A DNA stretch of 64,000 nt from Macrostomum lignano (taxonomy: Eukaryota). Of the stretch, positions 1-13,062 are shown one piece after another. Made by a program: the position numbers and the translations under genes. How positions within the stretch are numbered: the first letter of the stretch is position 1; every line of letters starts with the position of its first letter. The notes beneath the pieces are model-generated. The model was not told where the DNA came from and ran no database searches. It worked only from the letters and a program-made list of their open reading frames with translations. The stretch lies in NCBI GenBank assembly GCA_002269645.1, contig NIVC01003584.1, positions 25,582-89,581 on the forward strand. The letters are read 5' to 3'.

Positions 1-2698
1 GCCGGTTGCCCTGTGGAATATCACTAAAACTCAATCCTATCCTGTCGCTAGGATTGAAACCAACAGCTTCATAGCAACTTAATACTACTCAGTAGTAGCT
101 TTAGAATGCTCCATTTTAGTATCAATAAATAAAGTGTATAAACTTTTCTTGATCACCTTATCGATGTCACTTGGCAAACTTTATGCTAGCTGCAATGACA
201 ATGCCCCATGGCTACGAAAAGAGAAGGCGGAAAGGAAAGGCGGAAGTGAAAGAAGACAAACGGAGAATGGAAGAAGAACAAGACAAAAGAGTAGACTAAA
301 AACTGATCAAGATGGTCTTTGAGACACCTGGCTCTTGAAAATGGATGGCTGGATGCCAGGATAGCTAATGATGCAGGTTAGAGCATTCCATAATTTACAG
401 TAAGTGGGAATGAAGCACCGCTTCCATTGCCAGTTCTAGACAAAGGAATCTGAAGGGAGAAGCCGTGCTGTTTGCTGCTACAGCGGAGACCAAAGTGTGA
501 CTGTGGAGCAAAAGGGGGCAGGTGCTGCTGAAGTTCGCTGGAGCCTCGACCCCGCAGAAGTCAATGAACAAAAGCAAATCCACCAACAGTTCAGCGAGCC
601 CTAAGGCTATATAGAACCTCGAAGGAGTCACCAATGATCTTGGCAGCCTTCAGCTCGACACGGTCCAATAAAGTAAGATGGGGACTCGCTAGCAGATCAA
701 ACCGACCCGGGTGACAAAAAGTGGTCTAATTTTACCTTTATACTCGTAGGGTAGCCAAATGAGTTTAAGGAATAGGATGTTTAGCTCTAGCAATACAACC
801 GAGCATAGAAGCTGCTTTTCTTTTTTGGGTTATAAGGTGCTCATACAATGTAAGTCAATTATTGTCAATTATGACACCAAGAAGTGTGACTTTATTAGAA
901 ATATTGAAGACTGAGTTTTCAAAAAACTGGTGGAAATCACAGAAATCCTTCCTGCTGCTAATGATTATTTACTCAAATTTATTAGAATCAAACTTGACAT
1001 TCAAGTCAGAACCCCGTTTGAGAAATCTTTTGAAGGTCTGTGCTCAAATAAGATGCAACATCAGTTCTACAAATTTGTAAGGCCTAATTAGGTGGGTGGC
1101 AAAATTTAAAAGAGGCATGTAGAGTGGTATCATCTGAAGACTTTCTGAGCTTCAAGAAGGTGATTTATTAAAAGTAAGAATTTGAGGACCTAAGACAGAT
1201 TCCTAAGAAACACCGGCATTAATATCTCAATTTGGGAACAATTTTATCAAATTGAAACACATAATTTCCTGTTTGGTAAATAGGAAGAAAATCAAGAAAT
1301 AAGGGGGCCAATTATATCCCATAAGATGGTAATTTGTCGATAAGGCCCCAATGCTACACCCGATCAAAGGCTTTACTGATGTCAAGACAAACTACATTAA
1401 GTTCATCCCGAACACACGTGTGTGAAGACAATGCAATCTGCCGCTGAAACTGCACAGCTGATTGGTGGCTCTTTATAACTCAGATAAGATGTGCTCAGTG
1501 CTGCTGGTAATGTGGAATCATTGCCTGATCTCACCAAGAGTAACATTTCTGTCCAAAATCGTCTTCTAAAATCTTCTCCCAAGCCTGGACGCTAAAGTTG
1601 GTCAGGATCGCCGCCGTAGGGGGTGGGGAATACAAACGGAAAGGCAGCTCCAAGGCCAGCAATTGTCTGTTAGACAAATGGAGGACGAAGAAATTTAAAT
1701 AAAGCCCTGGCTGTTCATCTCTTCATCGATCAGTTAAATGAGTGATTGATAGATAAAAATATGGCTGTTAGCTGACGGCCTAAAACCGAGTGACTCGCAG
1801 TAAACAGTTCGGCTCACTGCGAATGAATTATATTAAAATGAAATATGCCATTTTTGATGCAGCTAATGGCTTCTACCCGTGCCCAACAAAGCTGTAATGG
1901 CCCTGCTGCGTTCCGGTTAGTAAGGGACTCTCAGCTTAATCTGACTCACTGCATCGTATTGATTATTCACAGCCAAACCCATTAGAAATTTGTGCAAAAC
2001 GAGAGCTGCATCTGAGCTTAGGCTGGCACTCAAAAGGCTGCACTTGGCTGCACACCTCAACAGGCTGGATTGCCGCGAGCTGTTGGGCTTTAAATTTTGA
2101 CAGCGTCGCTCTGTCAGCGCTTTAGTGTCTTTGGTTAGTGAGTCGCAGTTAAGACCGAACCCGTGCTCAAAGCTGAAAAATTAAAGAAGTGTGGCGGCTA
2201 CCTAATGACTTTCACTCGTAGTCTATGACACCACTTTTGCTTTTACGCACCGCGCTACTCTATTTAGCCAACGGGCATAATCAAATATAAAACCAACCGT
2301 GTTCCTTAAGATTGGCCTTGCTCAGCAAGCCGCCAAAGAAGAATGAAACCATTGGCAATGCTTTCAGAGAAGAGATAATGTCTTATCATTGACATGTTCA
2401 TTATTGGGAGGCAGGAGGAAGAGACAGAGCGGGATGGAGTGTACGTAAGCGATATCCCCTGGAAGGCAAAATGTCTGCATGCCCCATTAACGATCTGATC
2501 CTTGACTATTTGATAATAAATCAGATCTATCTATAATGAAATGGAGACAGGCATGGAAGCATTGCGGTAAATGAGCAGATCGGCCAGATCCAAGTCTTGA
2601 AGATGCCCTGAGTCACTGATGCCAAGTAATAGCGGCTGTTGAGAAATATCACCAACGATAATTGTCTTCACGCAAGTGAATTCTGCTAATGATACACT

Positions 2699-2858
<160 letters not shown>

Positions 2859-3196
2859 ACTAATGGGCCTAAAGAGGTGGCTTTAGTCTGTCTTATTCAT
2901 TACGGCCGCCAGTTGCTTCTCATCTTTTTAGTCACGGAGGGCTGTGGGTTAAAACTCAAATTCATTTATTGACGCAGACACACAATAGGCTAATGGCTTC
3001 GTCTCTGTGATCAGCTGCTGCAGCCTCGATGCGACAACGACAGAAAGCAAATCGAAACTCTCAACGGTCTCCAAGCTCACTGATTCTGGCTAAGGGCGCA
3101 GCGAGTTAATGCATGGAGCTAATGGATTTCAATCCGGCTCACGCCGCGCTGACAGCTCTGTTTACCGATAGACAAGCGGCTGCCTGCTGATCGAGA

Positions 3197-3210
3197 GTCT
3201 CCATGGCAAC
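3197..3210 (+). promoter_or_regulatory. RFX X-box-like motif upstream of WSC-PAN copy A
   Basis: GTCTCCATGGCAAC fits the 14-bp X-box consensus RTHNYYWTRRNRAC, ~90 bp upstream of the ATG, and is identical in all three copies. Confidence 0.45.
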
Positions 3211-3301
3211 GCATCAAAAGGCTGCTGTTATTTAGCCTCTCTCTCGCACAGAGATTCGGCAATCTTCTGCTTAATGCCGCACTGACAAACCCAGCCTGGC
3301 C

Positions 3302-4135
3302 ATGCCTCTCTGCAGGATTCTCTGTACTGCTCCGATCCTGAGCTGCCTGATCTGCGCCGCTCTCTGCCGCCAGTTCCAGATCTCGGACCTCGGCTGCTTC
3401 GTTGACGGCGCGAATGGCGTGAGAGACGTCGTTGACATGAAGCACATTGGCCTCATACGGATCGGAAGCTCCGAGGTATCTCCGATAAACGATGCCAGTG
3501 GCGCTTTTGTCGGCAGCTACTCGATAATGACTCACGAGCTGTGCAGCAGCGTCTGCGCTCTGGGCGGCTTCCAGTTCGCGGCTCTGCAGGCCATATACTG
3601 GTGCTTCTGCGGCAACTCCTACGGGTCGCAGGGCGCTGCTCCCGACTCGGACTGCTTTCTTGCCTGCAGTGGAAACTCGGGCCAGAACTGCGGAGGCAAC
3701 TGGCGAAACCGGGTGCTCCAGCTGAGCTACACCAACGGTGAGTTGCTGCTGCTGGTGGCCACTTGTTTAGCATCTGTTCTCCATATGTTGCTGCATTGTA
3801 TTTTTGCTATTAAACTAAGTTTGAAGCAGTAACTCAAACATTATTAAGTGGCGAACTGTTTCACGTCAAATTATTCATTTCGAATCGAAGGTAACAACTT
3901 CTTCGTCGGCGGCAACCGGACCTTCGTCGAACTCAACATCCCTGATGCGCCGAACTTTACGACTGTGAGCGCTTCAAGTCGGGTCCATTGCGCGTATCTG
4001 TGTGCTAGTAAAGATTCCGGTTGCCAGGCGGTGATCTTCAGCCAGCAGCAGCGCCTGTGCCACCTGCTGGAGTTTGCTGCGGTCCCGGCCGCCTTCAGCA
4101 GCGAAAGCAGCGGCGACTTCTTCGTCCGTGGCTGA
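3302..4135 (+). CDS. Secreted WSC + PAN/apple-like protein, copy A (226 aa, 2 exons)
   Basis: Exons 3302-3737 and 3891-4135 (AACG|gtgag...aag|GT, phase 1). Hydrophobic N-terminal signal peptide; 8-Cys WSC pattern (GCF..C..C..WCFCG..C..AC.G...CGG.WRNRV); 4-Cys PAN-like pattern (HCAYLC..GC.AV.F.....C.L). Confidence 0.88.
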
Positions 4136-6369
4136 GTGCAAATAAAGCAGACGTTGATGCAGTCGAGCAGAGCAGACGAATTGTAAAAAAATGCAATTTC
4201 GTGTTAGATCAAGACGCACAATTTTAAATCATGGCTCAGATTTTTTTATTCCAAAATTCAATACCTTCTATCTATTTTAAATCGCAGCGTTTCAATGCAC
4301 TTTTCTTGATAGCCTTTGAGAATACTCTTCTGTTCGTAGGACATTCGGTTTCCGCTTTTGAGCTGTTAATTGCGGTTGATAGGAAAAGAGTAGCTGTTTG
4401 TGAGTGTCACCGTTTTTTTATAATCTCTTCAAAAAGAGTAAGTCTACCAGAGAAATTTAATGTGTCATTCATTTTATATTGCCTTTTGCTTTCCTCCCAA
4501 ACAGCAGCAAGTGTCATTTGTACACGCTTCTCCTGCATATGCGATACATTTTTTGTGCATATGATTTAATCAGCAATGACATCTGTCAACCCTTGTTTCG
4601 ATTCGGACTAGCAGCTAAGGGCATCTTCAAGAACAACATCTTGCAGATTCGTTTGATTGTGTTGTGTTACTACACGTGATCGAACAGCTCCCTAAGATTG
4701 TTCTGCAGCGAACGAGCCTGGAAATGGCGTCAGCACACTGACCGGACTGACTCCGCTACTGAGCGTGAGATCGCGTCAAGGTAAGGCAGTCAGTCCGTCC
4801 CTAGAGCGTACGGTACCCACTTTGCTCGAGACCCAAATGATTAATGAACACAGACGCGAGTCTTACTTTGACTTCCAATCGGCACGGCCGTAAGCAAGGC
4901 AGCGAGTTCGTCAATTAGTAGTATTGAGATTCCGATATTGCAGTTTATTGATTCTGTAGAGTCTAGTGTCAGGTGTCAACGGGCCACGCTCACCCTGCCC
5001 ACCGCCAGCAATTCTCTATTTATTAAGGCTGCCTGGCGTAAGCCCTAGGGTCTCACGCCAGACAGCATTATCAACAACTAACTTGTTGGCCAATCACCAA
5101 TTGACAAGGGACACGGGAATTGACAAGTGCTAACAAAAAGGGGGAGAGAGGGGCCAGGCCAGCCAATCCGGCTGGGTACGCATAATAAGAGAAGGGGCAG
5201 AGAATAAGGGTTGATACACAACTGGGGGGGGGTTGACGCAGACAGAATGGGGGGGGGGTTTGGCGCAGGCACGCGGCCAGGGGGGGGGGTGGGAGTGCAG
5301 TGCCGGGCACACTTGACCGAGAGCCAGAGATTGCTCATCGGTGCAAGTGCACCCGGGCACAACACCCTCCCCCACCACAAAAAAGAGTGTTCATACAATA
5401 GACTAAAAGTTAAAGCGCATAAAAGTCTCGCACTCCCGACATCAGTTGGGCCGGCAGGGTCTTGTCGCCGCGCTCCGCTGCCAGCCAAGTTGCCACTTCG
5501 CGAACCTCCGTAGGTTTTCCCGGGTTTCCCGCGAACGGTGCTGATGATGCCAGCAGGAGCCGCTCCGAGAGCAGGACAGCGATGCGTCGCGCATGCCATC
5601 GGCTGTGTACCAGCCGAGCGGTGACCTCGAACTTGAGGCCCGGTAACGTAGCCAGGTACAACCATTGAGAGTCTCCGGGCCAGTCCGACGACTCGGTGAC
5701 CAGAATGCGACCTTTCACGAAGCCATTGTCGCCGAGAAGTTGCACGAATTTGTCCTAGACCGACACACCCTGCTCGCCTGAAACCCGGCGCCGTTCCCAC
5801 AGCCGCACCAACAGAGGCAGTTCTCGCTCCCTGGAGAGTTGCACTTGCAACACAACCGCTGCTTTTTGTTGCTCTCAGTCCAGTGCCGCATTTTGCCCAT
5901 CCAACTCGGCTTTCCCAACCGCGATCGCCCGCGGCCACCCAGCAGCCGTCGGAGATCGGCTTCTATCGCAGGTAGGAGTGGCGCGGCCGCTGCCCTTAGG
6001 CCGAGTGCAAAAGGATTCGGGCGTCCCCGATGAGTTGGGCGGTTGCAGCATTTGACGGACACAGGCAGTACGGCGAATTCACCACAGCAACACAGGCTTC
6101 TGGGACGCGGTCTTTTCCACTCGCAGCAGGTCATAACGATCCGATATTGCAATTGCCAGCCGACTCAGCACAGGGTCTCCAGAGTAACTCTGCCACTAAC
6201 TAACGCGTACAGTAACCAGCTATTTGTATTGTTTACCCATACGGTACCCAGCAGTTCCGAGCGCACTTGAGAACTCTCACATAGCACATGTTTCTGGCGA
6301 TTTTTATTCATTTTTATTATTTTTATTTGACTCAAAGCCCTGAGTGGGCAGCTCAGGTGCCCAGCCCAA

Positions 6370-7050
6370 TTAGTACAATATTGGGCTACCGAACCGTCGA
6401 GGCAGGACACCCCTATTAGCACGAGCTGGGCGCCCTTGGTGTACCAGAGGAGGTTCAGCCTGACCTTCCGGGTGGGTCACTCTTCGAGCCCAAATGGCAT
6501 CCGGTTCGTCATCATCATACACAGCCGTCTGCTCAAGATCGGGCATCGTCGGCAACGGGGGGTCGGGTGGTGCCCGGCGGGAGTGTCGCTCGGGGTCCCT
6601 GACCCTACCCTCTGCACGACGTTTTTCCCGAGCCGGCGGACGCCGTTGTCTGGAGTTTGCGTCGACTTTCCTTAAGTTATTGTAATGTACAACTCTCGGC
6701 CTACGAGCCCCTTCGTGCATTATTTTGAAATTGACATCGGAATTTCGTTCGGTTTTATCGCCGGATCTCTTCAGTCTTCAGTTCGCCGCCTTTCCGATCG
6801 TCACGGACAAAATTCTGCAGCAGCACCTTGTCACCGACTTTAAAGCTGAGGCTGCTGGCAGATGCGTGTTTCTGAACGTAATCTTACACAAATTTTGTCC
6901 TGCCATCCCTGCGAAATCGCCCCTGCAGCTTCGATGGGGTGGACTTTATCCCCTGATGAGCTCCTCCAGTCGCAGAGGTGTGCTATTTTTGGATCAATCA
7001 ACAGATATTTTTGATCTTCCGCCTCCAGGCGACGCTCCGTTGACAAATGG
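6370..7050 (-). mobile_element. Degenerate Ty3/gypsy-like integrase C-terminal remnant
   Basis: Minus-strand frame SDVNFKIMHEGARRPRVVHYNNLRK...RANRGVLPRRFG resembles gypsy integrase C-terminal and 3' tail motifs; the upstream core is broken by stops and frameshifts. Confidence 0.55.
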
Positions 7051-9173
7051 CGCTTCTTCTGAAATCTTAGAACAGCTGCTGGCCCTCGTACCTCAAGTTG
7101 CGCTCCTTTGTTGTTGTCCGTACGTTAAAGACGCAAGGATGTCGTTCGTATGCGCCACTAAGCAAGTAAAGTTTTATATCGGAATACGCGACAGACATAC
7201 TTATGTCTGTCCAGTGTAGTCGATATGTTTAAACTTGCAGTTATTTATTGGCAACGTGTTACGTAACAAAATGTACAATTGTACATATACTGTCTAGATT
7301 TAGATGTACCGAAAGTCAGAGAACTTCGAAAGTTTGTTAACAGACTTGCGGACAAGAATGCGCGGCTATAAGAGATTCGGCAGTGTTCATTTAGGTGATA
7401 TCAGATCACGGCTTGACAGGTTCTTAATCTCGTAAATCCCAGAGAGAAATCAGCCTAGGAGTGCGCTTGGCATGACTGAAATGTCGTGCCGTATTCAATC
7501 CGCGCCCAGATAAAATAACGCATCCAAAGTTATTCAGCCAAATACTTTTCTGCCTAGGATAATGGTTGGCATAACACCGGGGAGGCCGACCCAAAAAAGG
7601 GGTAGAAGGACAAAAAAACTAGAGTAGATTGCACTACATTAGCAACAGGCGGTCTTAAAAGTCAGAGAGAGAGAGAAAAGGAAATTAAATCGAGGTGCTG
7701 ACAAGAGAAACCTAAGAATGGAGAAATCAGCACTTGGCGGCTAGACTCGCATTGGCAATTTTAGCAGACAACAAACTCTAATGGGTACGCGCAGTCTAGT
7801 CTTGAGCTAGTATATTTATTGATTCTTAGTTTATTAGAACGCGGGGTTGACAAGGTCTTAGCGGGGGGGAGTTGTACGTGTGCATGACTTGCTATGTACT
7901 CGTACGTTAACCAATCAGAATGGGGGAGGTGAGAAAGGTGGCGTTAGGCGCGGACGGGGGGCAGGCGCAACAGGCGAATCACGAGTAATAGTACAGACGT
8001 GCAATAAAATAAACAAATTTTCTCTTCAAACCACGAGGCGAGGCAGGTAATATTTAAAAGTAATAAAAACTGGACCTCTTTGCGCGCCACCCTCACTGAG
8101 AGGCCTAAAATATCGATCGAGCAACTATTATACTGTACAAACCGCTCTAAATACACACATCAATGACAAAATTAAAACGGCCCAATTGGGGGCTAACACA
8201 CGAAAAATTAGAGGGAAAAAAGAAAATGATACGATTAATTGTCAGTGTATGTTAATAAATCTGACCTCTCCGTCGCAGAGCTAAAAGGCCCAAAAACTAA
8301 GAACCCGGCCGACCAGACCGCCAACTTAATCCACGAGTCCTAGAGGCAGGTCAGGAACGCCAAAACGAACAACTCGCGCAATTACCATACCGTGAGGAAC
8401 TCGAGAGCTCCTGACTAAACTGAATGACTAAAAACTTTCATTACTATGACCTGAGAAGTTATTGAAATAAAAGTTGCTTCAAAGAAGTCAATGAAAAGTT
8501 GTTACGAGCGTATCAGAGAAAGAACCAAAAACTCGAGTTCGAATATCTCTCTTTGCTAATTAAATTTCACCAGTTCGAACCAAGCAATCAAATCGAACCA
8601 AAAGGTACATTCAAAGGTGAGTAAGTCGGGCTTCAAAAGAATGTGTGCCCTTAGCAAACAACTGAAGGTGTGCAGAATACGCCGGCCAGCCGTGTATGTC
8701 CGAATAGCAGGAAACTTGAGTCTCAGAAAAATTACAAAGCTGCTGTTTAGGAGTGAGGCAGAAGGCAATAAATAACCATAACACCTCAATTCTCTCTGGC
8801 TGACTTCCGCCTGAACAGAGATTATAAAATATCTGATTGCAGACACAGCAACTACTCCTTTTTAATTAACAGAGCAAAAGCAGAAATCGAGTGTCTTGCG
8901 CACAGACGCGCATTCGCAGAGTATCAAGGAAAGTACCAGCATTGAAACATTTTAGTAAGAATATAAAGTTGTTAAATTTCGGCACGAGAAAGGCTGGAGC
9001 AAAAATAGTTTCGCTTAAATTTCAGTCAGTGGATTTCAGAGGCGGTTAGTACTTCTAGTCTTTGAGTAAGCTTAGGTATGCTTGCTAGTTGACATTGTTC
9101 GTCTTGATCTAAATTGCGCTTCTTACAGCTCGTCCGCTCTGCTCAGCTGCACCAGCACCTGCTTCATTCGCAC

Positions 9174-10003
9174 TCAGCCACGGACAAAGAAGACGCCGCT
9201 GCTTTTGCTGCTGAAGGCGGCCGGGACCGCAGCATACTCCAGCAGGTGGCACAGGCGCTGCTGCTGGCTGAAGATCACCGCCTGACAACCGGAATCTTTA
9301 CTAGCGCACAGATACGCGCAATGGAGCTGACTTAAAGCGCTCACAGTCGTAAAGTTCGGCGCATCAGGGATGTTGAGTTCGACGAAGGTCCGGTTGCCGC
9401 TGACGAAGAAGTTGTTACCTTCGATTCGAAATGAATAATTTGACATGAAACAGTTCGCCACTTAATAATGTTTGAGTTACTGCTTCAAACTCAGTTCAAA
9501 CTTAGTTTAGTGGCCCAAATCCAATGCAGCAACATATGGAGAACAGATGTTAAACAAGTGGCCACCAGCAGCAGCAACTCACCGTTGGTGTAGCTCAGCT
9601 GGAGCACCCGGTTTCGCCAGCTGCCTCCGCAGTTCTGGCCCCCGTTTCCACTGCAGGCATAGTTGCACTCCCAGTAAGGAGCAGCGCCCTGCGACCCGTA
9701 GGAGTTGCCGCAGAAGCACCAGTATGAGGCCTGCAGAGCCGCGAACTGGAAGCCGCCAAGAGCGCAGACGCTGCTGCACACCTCGCGAGTCATCTGGACG
9801 CAATGGATAGCATAGTCTATCTGTGATACCTCCGAGCTGCCGATCCGTGTGAGGCCAATGTTCTTCATGTCAACGACGTCTCTCACGCCATTCGCGCCGT
9901 CAACGAAGCAGCCGACGTCCGAGGTCTGGAACTGGCGGCAGAGAGAGGCGCAGATCAGGCAGCTCAGGATCGGAGCAGTACAGAGAATCCTGCAGAGAGG
10001 CAT
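9174..10003 (-). CDS. Secreted WSC + PAN/apple-like protein, copy B (221 aa, 2 exons)
   Basis: Exons 10003-9583 and 9418-9174; same splice sites and Cys framework as copy A. Confidence 0.88.
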
Positions 10004-10095
10004 GGCCAGGCTGGGTTTGTCAGTGCGGCATTAAGCAGAAGATTGCCGAATCTCTGTGCGAGAGAGAGGCTAAATAACAGCAGCCTTATTGATGC

Positions 10096-10109
10096 GTTGC
10101 CATGGAGAC
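10096..10109 (-). promoter_or_regulatory. RFX X-box-like motif upstream of copy B
   Basis: GTTGCCATGGAGAC on + is GTCTCCATGGCAAC on -. Confidence 0.45.
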
Positions 10110-10490
10110 TCTCGATCAGCAGGCAGCCGCTTGCCTATCGGTAAACAGAGCTGTCAGCGCGGCGTGAGCCGGATTGAAATCCATTAGCTCCATGCATTAA
10201 CTCGCTGTGCCCTTAGCCAGAATCAGTGAGCTTGGAGACCGTTGAGAGTTTCGATTTGCTTTCTGTCGTTGTCGCATCGAGACTGCGGCAGCTGATCACT
10301 GCTGCATGAGCACCCATAGATATCTGTTTTCAGCTGCACAGGTGGCGACGAAGCCATTAGCCTACCGTGTGTCTGCGTCAATAAATGAATTTGAGTTTTA
10401 ACCCACAGCCCTCCGTGACTAAAAAGATGAGAAGCAACTGGCGGCCGTAATGAATAAGACAGACTGAAGCCACCTCTTTGGGCCCATTAG

Positions 10491-10558
10491 TTATCTATCT
10501 ATCCATCTATCCATCTATCTATCTATCTATCCATCTATCTATATATCTATCTATCTAT
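10491..10558 (+). repeat. (TATC)n microsatellite
   Basis: Short imperfect counterpart of the 2699-2858 tract. Confidence 0.9.
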
Positions 10559-11354
10559 CGTTGGCTAAATAGAGTAGCGCGGTGCGTAAAAGCAAAAGTG
10601 GTGTCATAGACTACGAGTGAAAGTCATTAGGTAGCCGCCACACTTCTTTAATTTTTCAGCTTTGAGCACGGGTTCGGTCTTAACTGCGACTCACTAACCA
10701 AAGACACTAAAGCGCTGACAGAGCGACGCTGTCAAAATTTAAAGCCCAACAGCTCGCGGCAATCCAGCCTGTTGAGGTGTGCAGCCAAGTACAGCCTTTT
10801 GAGTGCCAGCCTAAGCTCAGATGCAGCTCTCGTTTTGCACAAATTTCTAATGGGTTTGGCTGTGAATAATCAATACGATGCAGTGAGTCAGATTAAGCTG
10901 AGAGTCCCTTACTAACCGGAACGCAGCAGGACCATTACAGCTTGGTTGGGCACGGGTAGAAGCCATTAGCTGCATCAAAAATGGCATATTTCATTTTAAT
11001 ATAATTCATTCGCAGTGAGCCGAACTGTTTACTGCGAGTCACTCGGTTTTAGGCCGTCAGATAACAGCCATATTTTTATCTATCAATCACTCATTTAACT
11101 GATCGATTAAGAGATGAACAGCCAGGGCTTTATTTAAATTTCTTCGTCCTCCATTTGTCTAACAGACAATTGCTGGCCTTGGAGCTGCCTTTCCGTTTGT
11201 ATTCCTCACCCCCGACGGCGGCGATCCTGACCAACTTTAGCGTCCAAGCTTGGGAGAAGATTTTAGAAGACGATTTTGGACAGAAATGTTACCCTTGGTG
11301 AGATCAGGCAATGATTCCACATTACCAGCAGCACTGAGCACATCTTATCTTATC

Positions 11355-11808
11355 TTATCGCTGATTGATAAAGGCGGCACCTTTTTTGGGGCAATCGCCA
11401 CTCTGGACAAAGAAATCCCCTGAGCGTTGCCGTTTTCTGGAGCCCCAGGTTAGTGAGCGACGCAGTTTTAGTCTGCGTTTGCTGCGTCTGCGTCCTGTGG
11501 TGTCGTTGTCTAACCCACCCCCGCGGAGGCGCAGGACACGATGGAGGCTGTCTGGCTCGTGCTGGTGCGGACCATTTGTCGTTCCCAGGTCGAGGCCTGG
11601 GTCCACGGGCCCCCCGGGGCTCCGACTGGTTGCTCATGTCAGTTGGAGTCCCTCCTTGGATAGTGTCCGCAAGCTCCGTTGCATAAGCTGCTGGTGCTGC
11701 TGCATCATCGCGGTCATGAAGTCGAGGAGGGCGTTAACATCAATGCTAGGTGTAGCAGAAGAGGCGGCAGAAATCGGTGCAGCGGCCTGAGCAACGGGAG
11801 GAGCCATT
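11355..11808 (-). mobile_element. Gag-like retroelement fragment (degenerate)
   Basis: ATG at ~11806 gives MAPPVAQ...LLDFMTAMMQQHQQLMQ, similar to LTR-element gag N-termini. A later frame contains LHRVLRLRGG and DCPKKGA (possible decayed zinc knuckle). Frames are broken. Confidence 0.4.
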
Positions 11809-11910
11809 GTCCCGGTTTAAGTAGCTGGTGACGCCCCACTGAGGTCGAAAGGCGGTTGCTTAGTTCCGTCATAGCCGCTCTGATTGCTTTTCCCCACGGA
11901 CGGCGTGGAA

Positions 11911-13062
11911 GGCAGAAATGACCAGGTGGGGCTGGGAAGAAGGGTGCGGCACCCTCAGCCTGAGCTGGCCTCGTTGATGTGCAGGTAGCTTGGGGTGTTT
12001 AAAGGGGTGCGAGGGCCGCTAGTCACTGCACATGTCACAACCAGTCTCAACCAAAAACCTCCGAGCTCAGGTAGCCACGGATATCCGCCTGTGGCTCATG
12101 AACTACTTATCGGATGAGCTGCTGCCCCAGCTGCGCCGCCTCATCAACACCCTGGTGAGCCGGGCGGAGTCGGAGACCGGCGTGCTCATGCCGGGCTACA
12201 CCCACCTGCAGCGGGCCCAGCCGGTGCGCTGGTCCCATTGGCTGCTCAGCTACGCCTCCATGCTGCGCAGGGACTGCCAGAGACTGGCCGACTGCCGGGC
12301 CCGCACCGCCGTGTGCCCGCTGGGCAGCGGCGCCCTGGCCGGCAACCCCTTCGAGGTGGACAGGCAGGCGCTGGCCGGTACGGCGAGGGAATCGGAGCTG
12401 GGGAATCGGGGGTTGGGGAATTCGGGTGTGGGGAATTAATGCGTGTGGAATTGGGAAGAGGAAGTATTGTCTTTAATTCTTAGATTCGAGAAAAGGTATT
12501 CCTAGAATCGTGAACAGGTATTCCTGGAATCGTGAACAGGTATTCCTAGAATCGTGAACAGGTATTTTTTAGAATCGTTACCAGGTATTCCTAGAATCGT
12601 GAGCAGGTATTCTTAGAATCGTGAGCAGGTATTCTTAGAATCGAGAACAGGTATTCCTGGAATCTTGAACAGGTATTCCTGGAATCCTGAACAGGTATTC
12701 CTGGAATAGTGAACAGTTATTCTTAGATTCGCGAACAGGTATTCCTAGAATCATGAACAGGTATTGTTACAATCGTGAACAGGTATTCCTGGAATCGTGA
12801 ACAGGTATTCCTGGAATCGTGAACAGGTATTCCTAGAATCGTGAGCAGGTATTGTTACAATCGTGAACAGGTATTCCTGGAATCGTGAAAAGGTATTCCT
12901 GGAATTGTGAACAGGTTTTCCTGGAATCGTGAACAGGTATTCCTGGAATCGTGGACAGGTATTCCTGGAATCGTGAACAGGTATTCCTGGAATTGTGGAC
13001 AGGTATTTCTGGAATTGTGGACAGGTATTTCTGGAATCGTTGACAGGTATTCTTAGAATCGC
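11911..13062 (+). pseudogene. Inverted partial duplicate of ASL (end of exon 1, intron 1, exon 2, part of intron 2)
   Basis: AATGACCAG|gtggggctggg at 11917-11936 matches the ASL exon 1 donor. Exon 12071-12377 is a ~99% copy of 19811-19505 (about 3 differences seen). Exons 1, 3 and 4 are otherwise absent. Confidence 0.92.
12495..13061 (+). repeat. 22-bp minisatellite (ggtattcctggaatcgtgaaca)n, ~26 units
   Basis: Direct tandem periodicity; a single seed copy lies in ASL intron 2 at 18725-18752 (minus strand). Confidence 0.95.

Larger units (their letters stand above)
8850..11350 (-). repeat. Right arm of large inverted duplication
   Basis: Reverse complement of 1482-~4400, lacking ~425 bp (2274-2698) and with a shorter GATA tract. 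Confidence 0.95.

Noticed and set aside
1-1481. Short ORFs at the window start
   Set aside because: No motifs or consistent splice signals; treated as unclassified intergenic or decayed repeat sequence.
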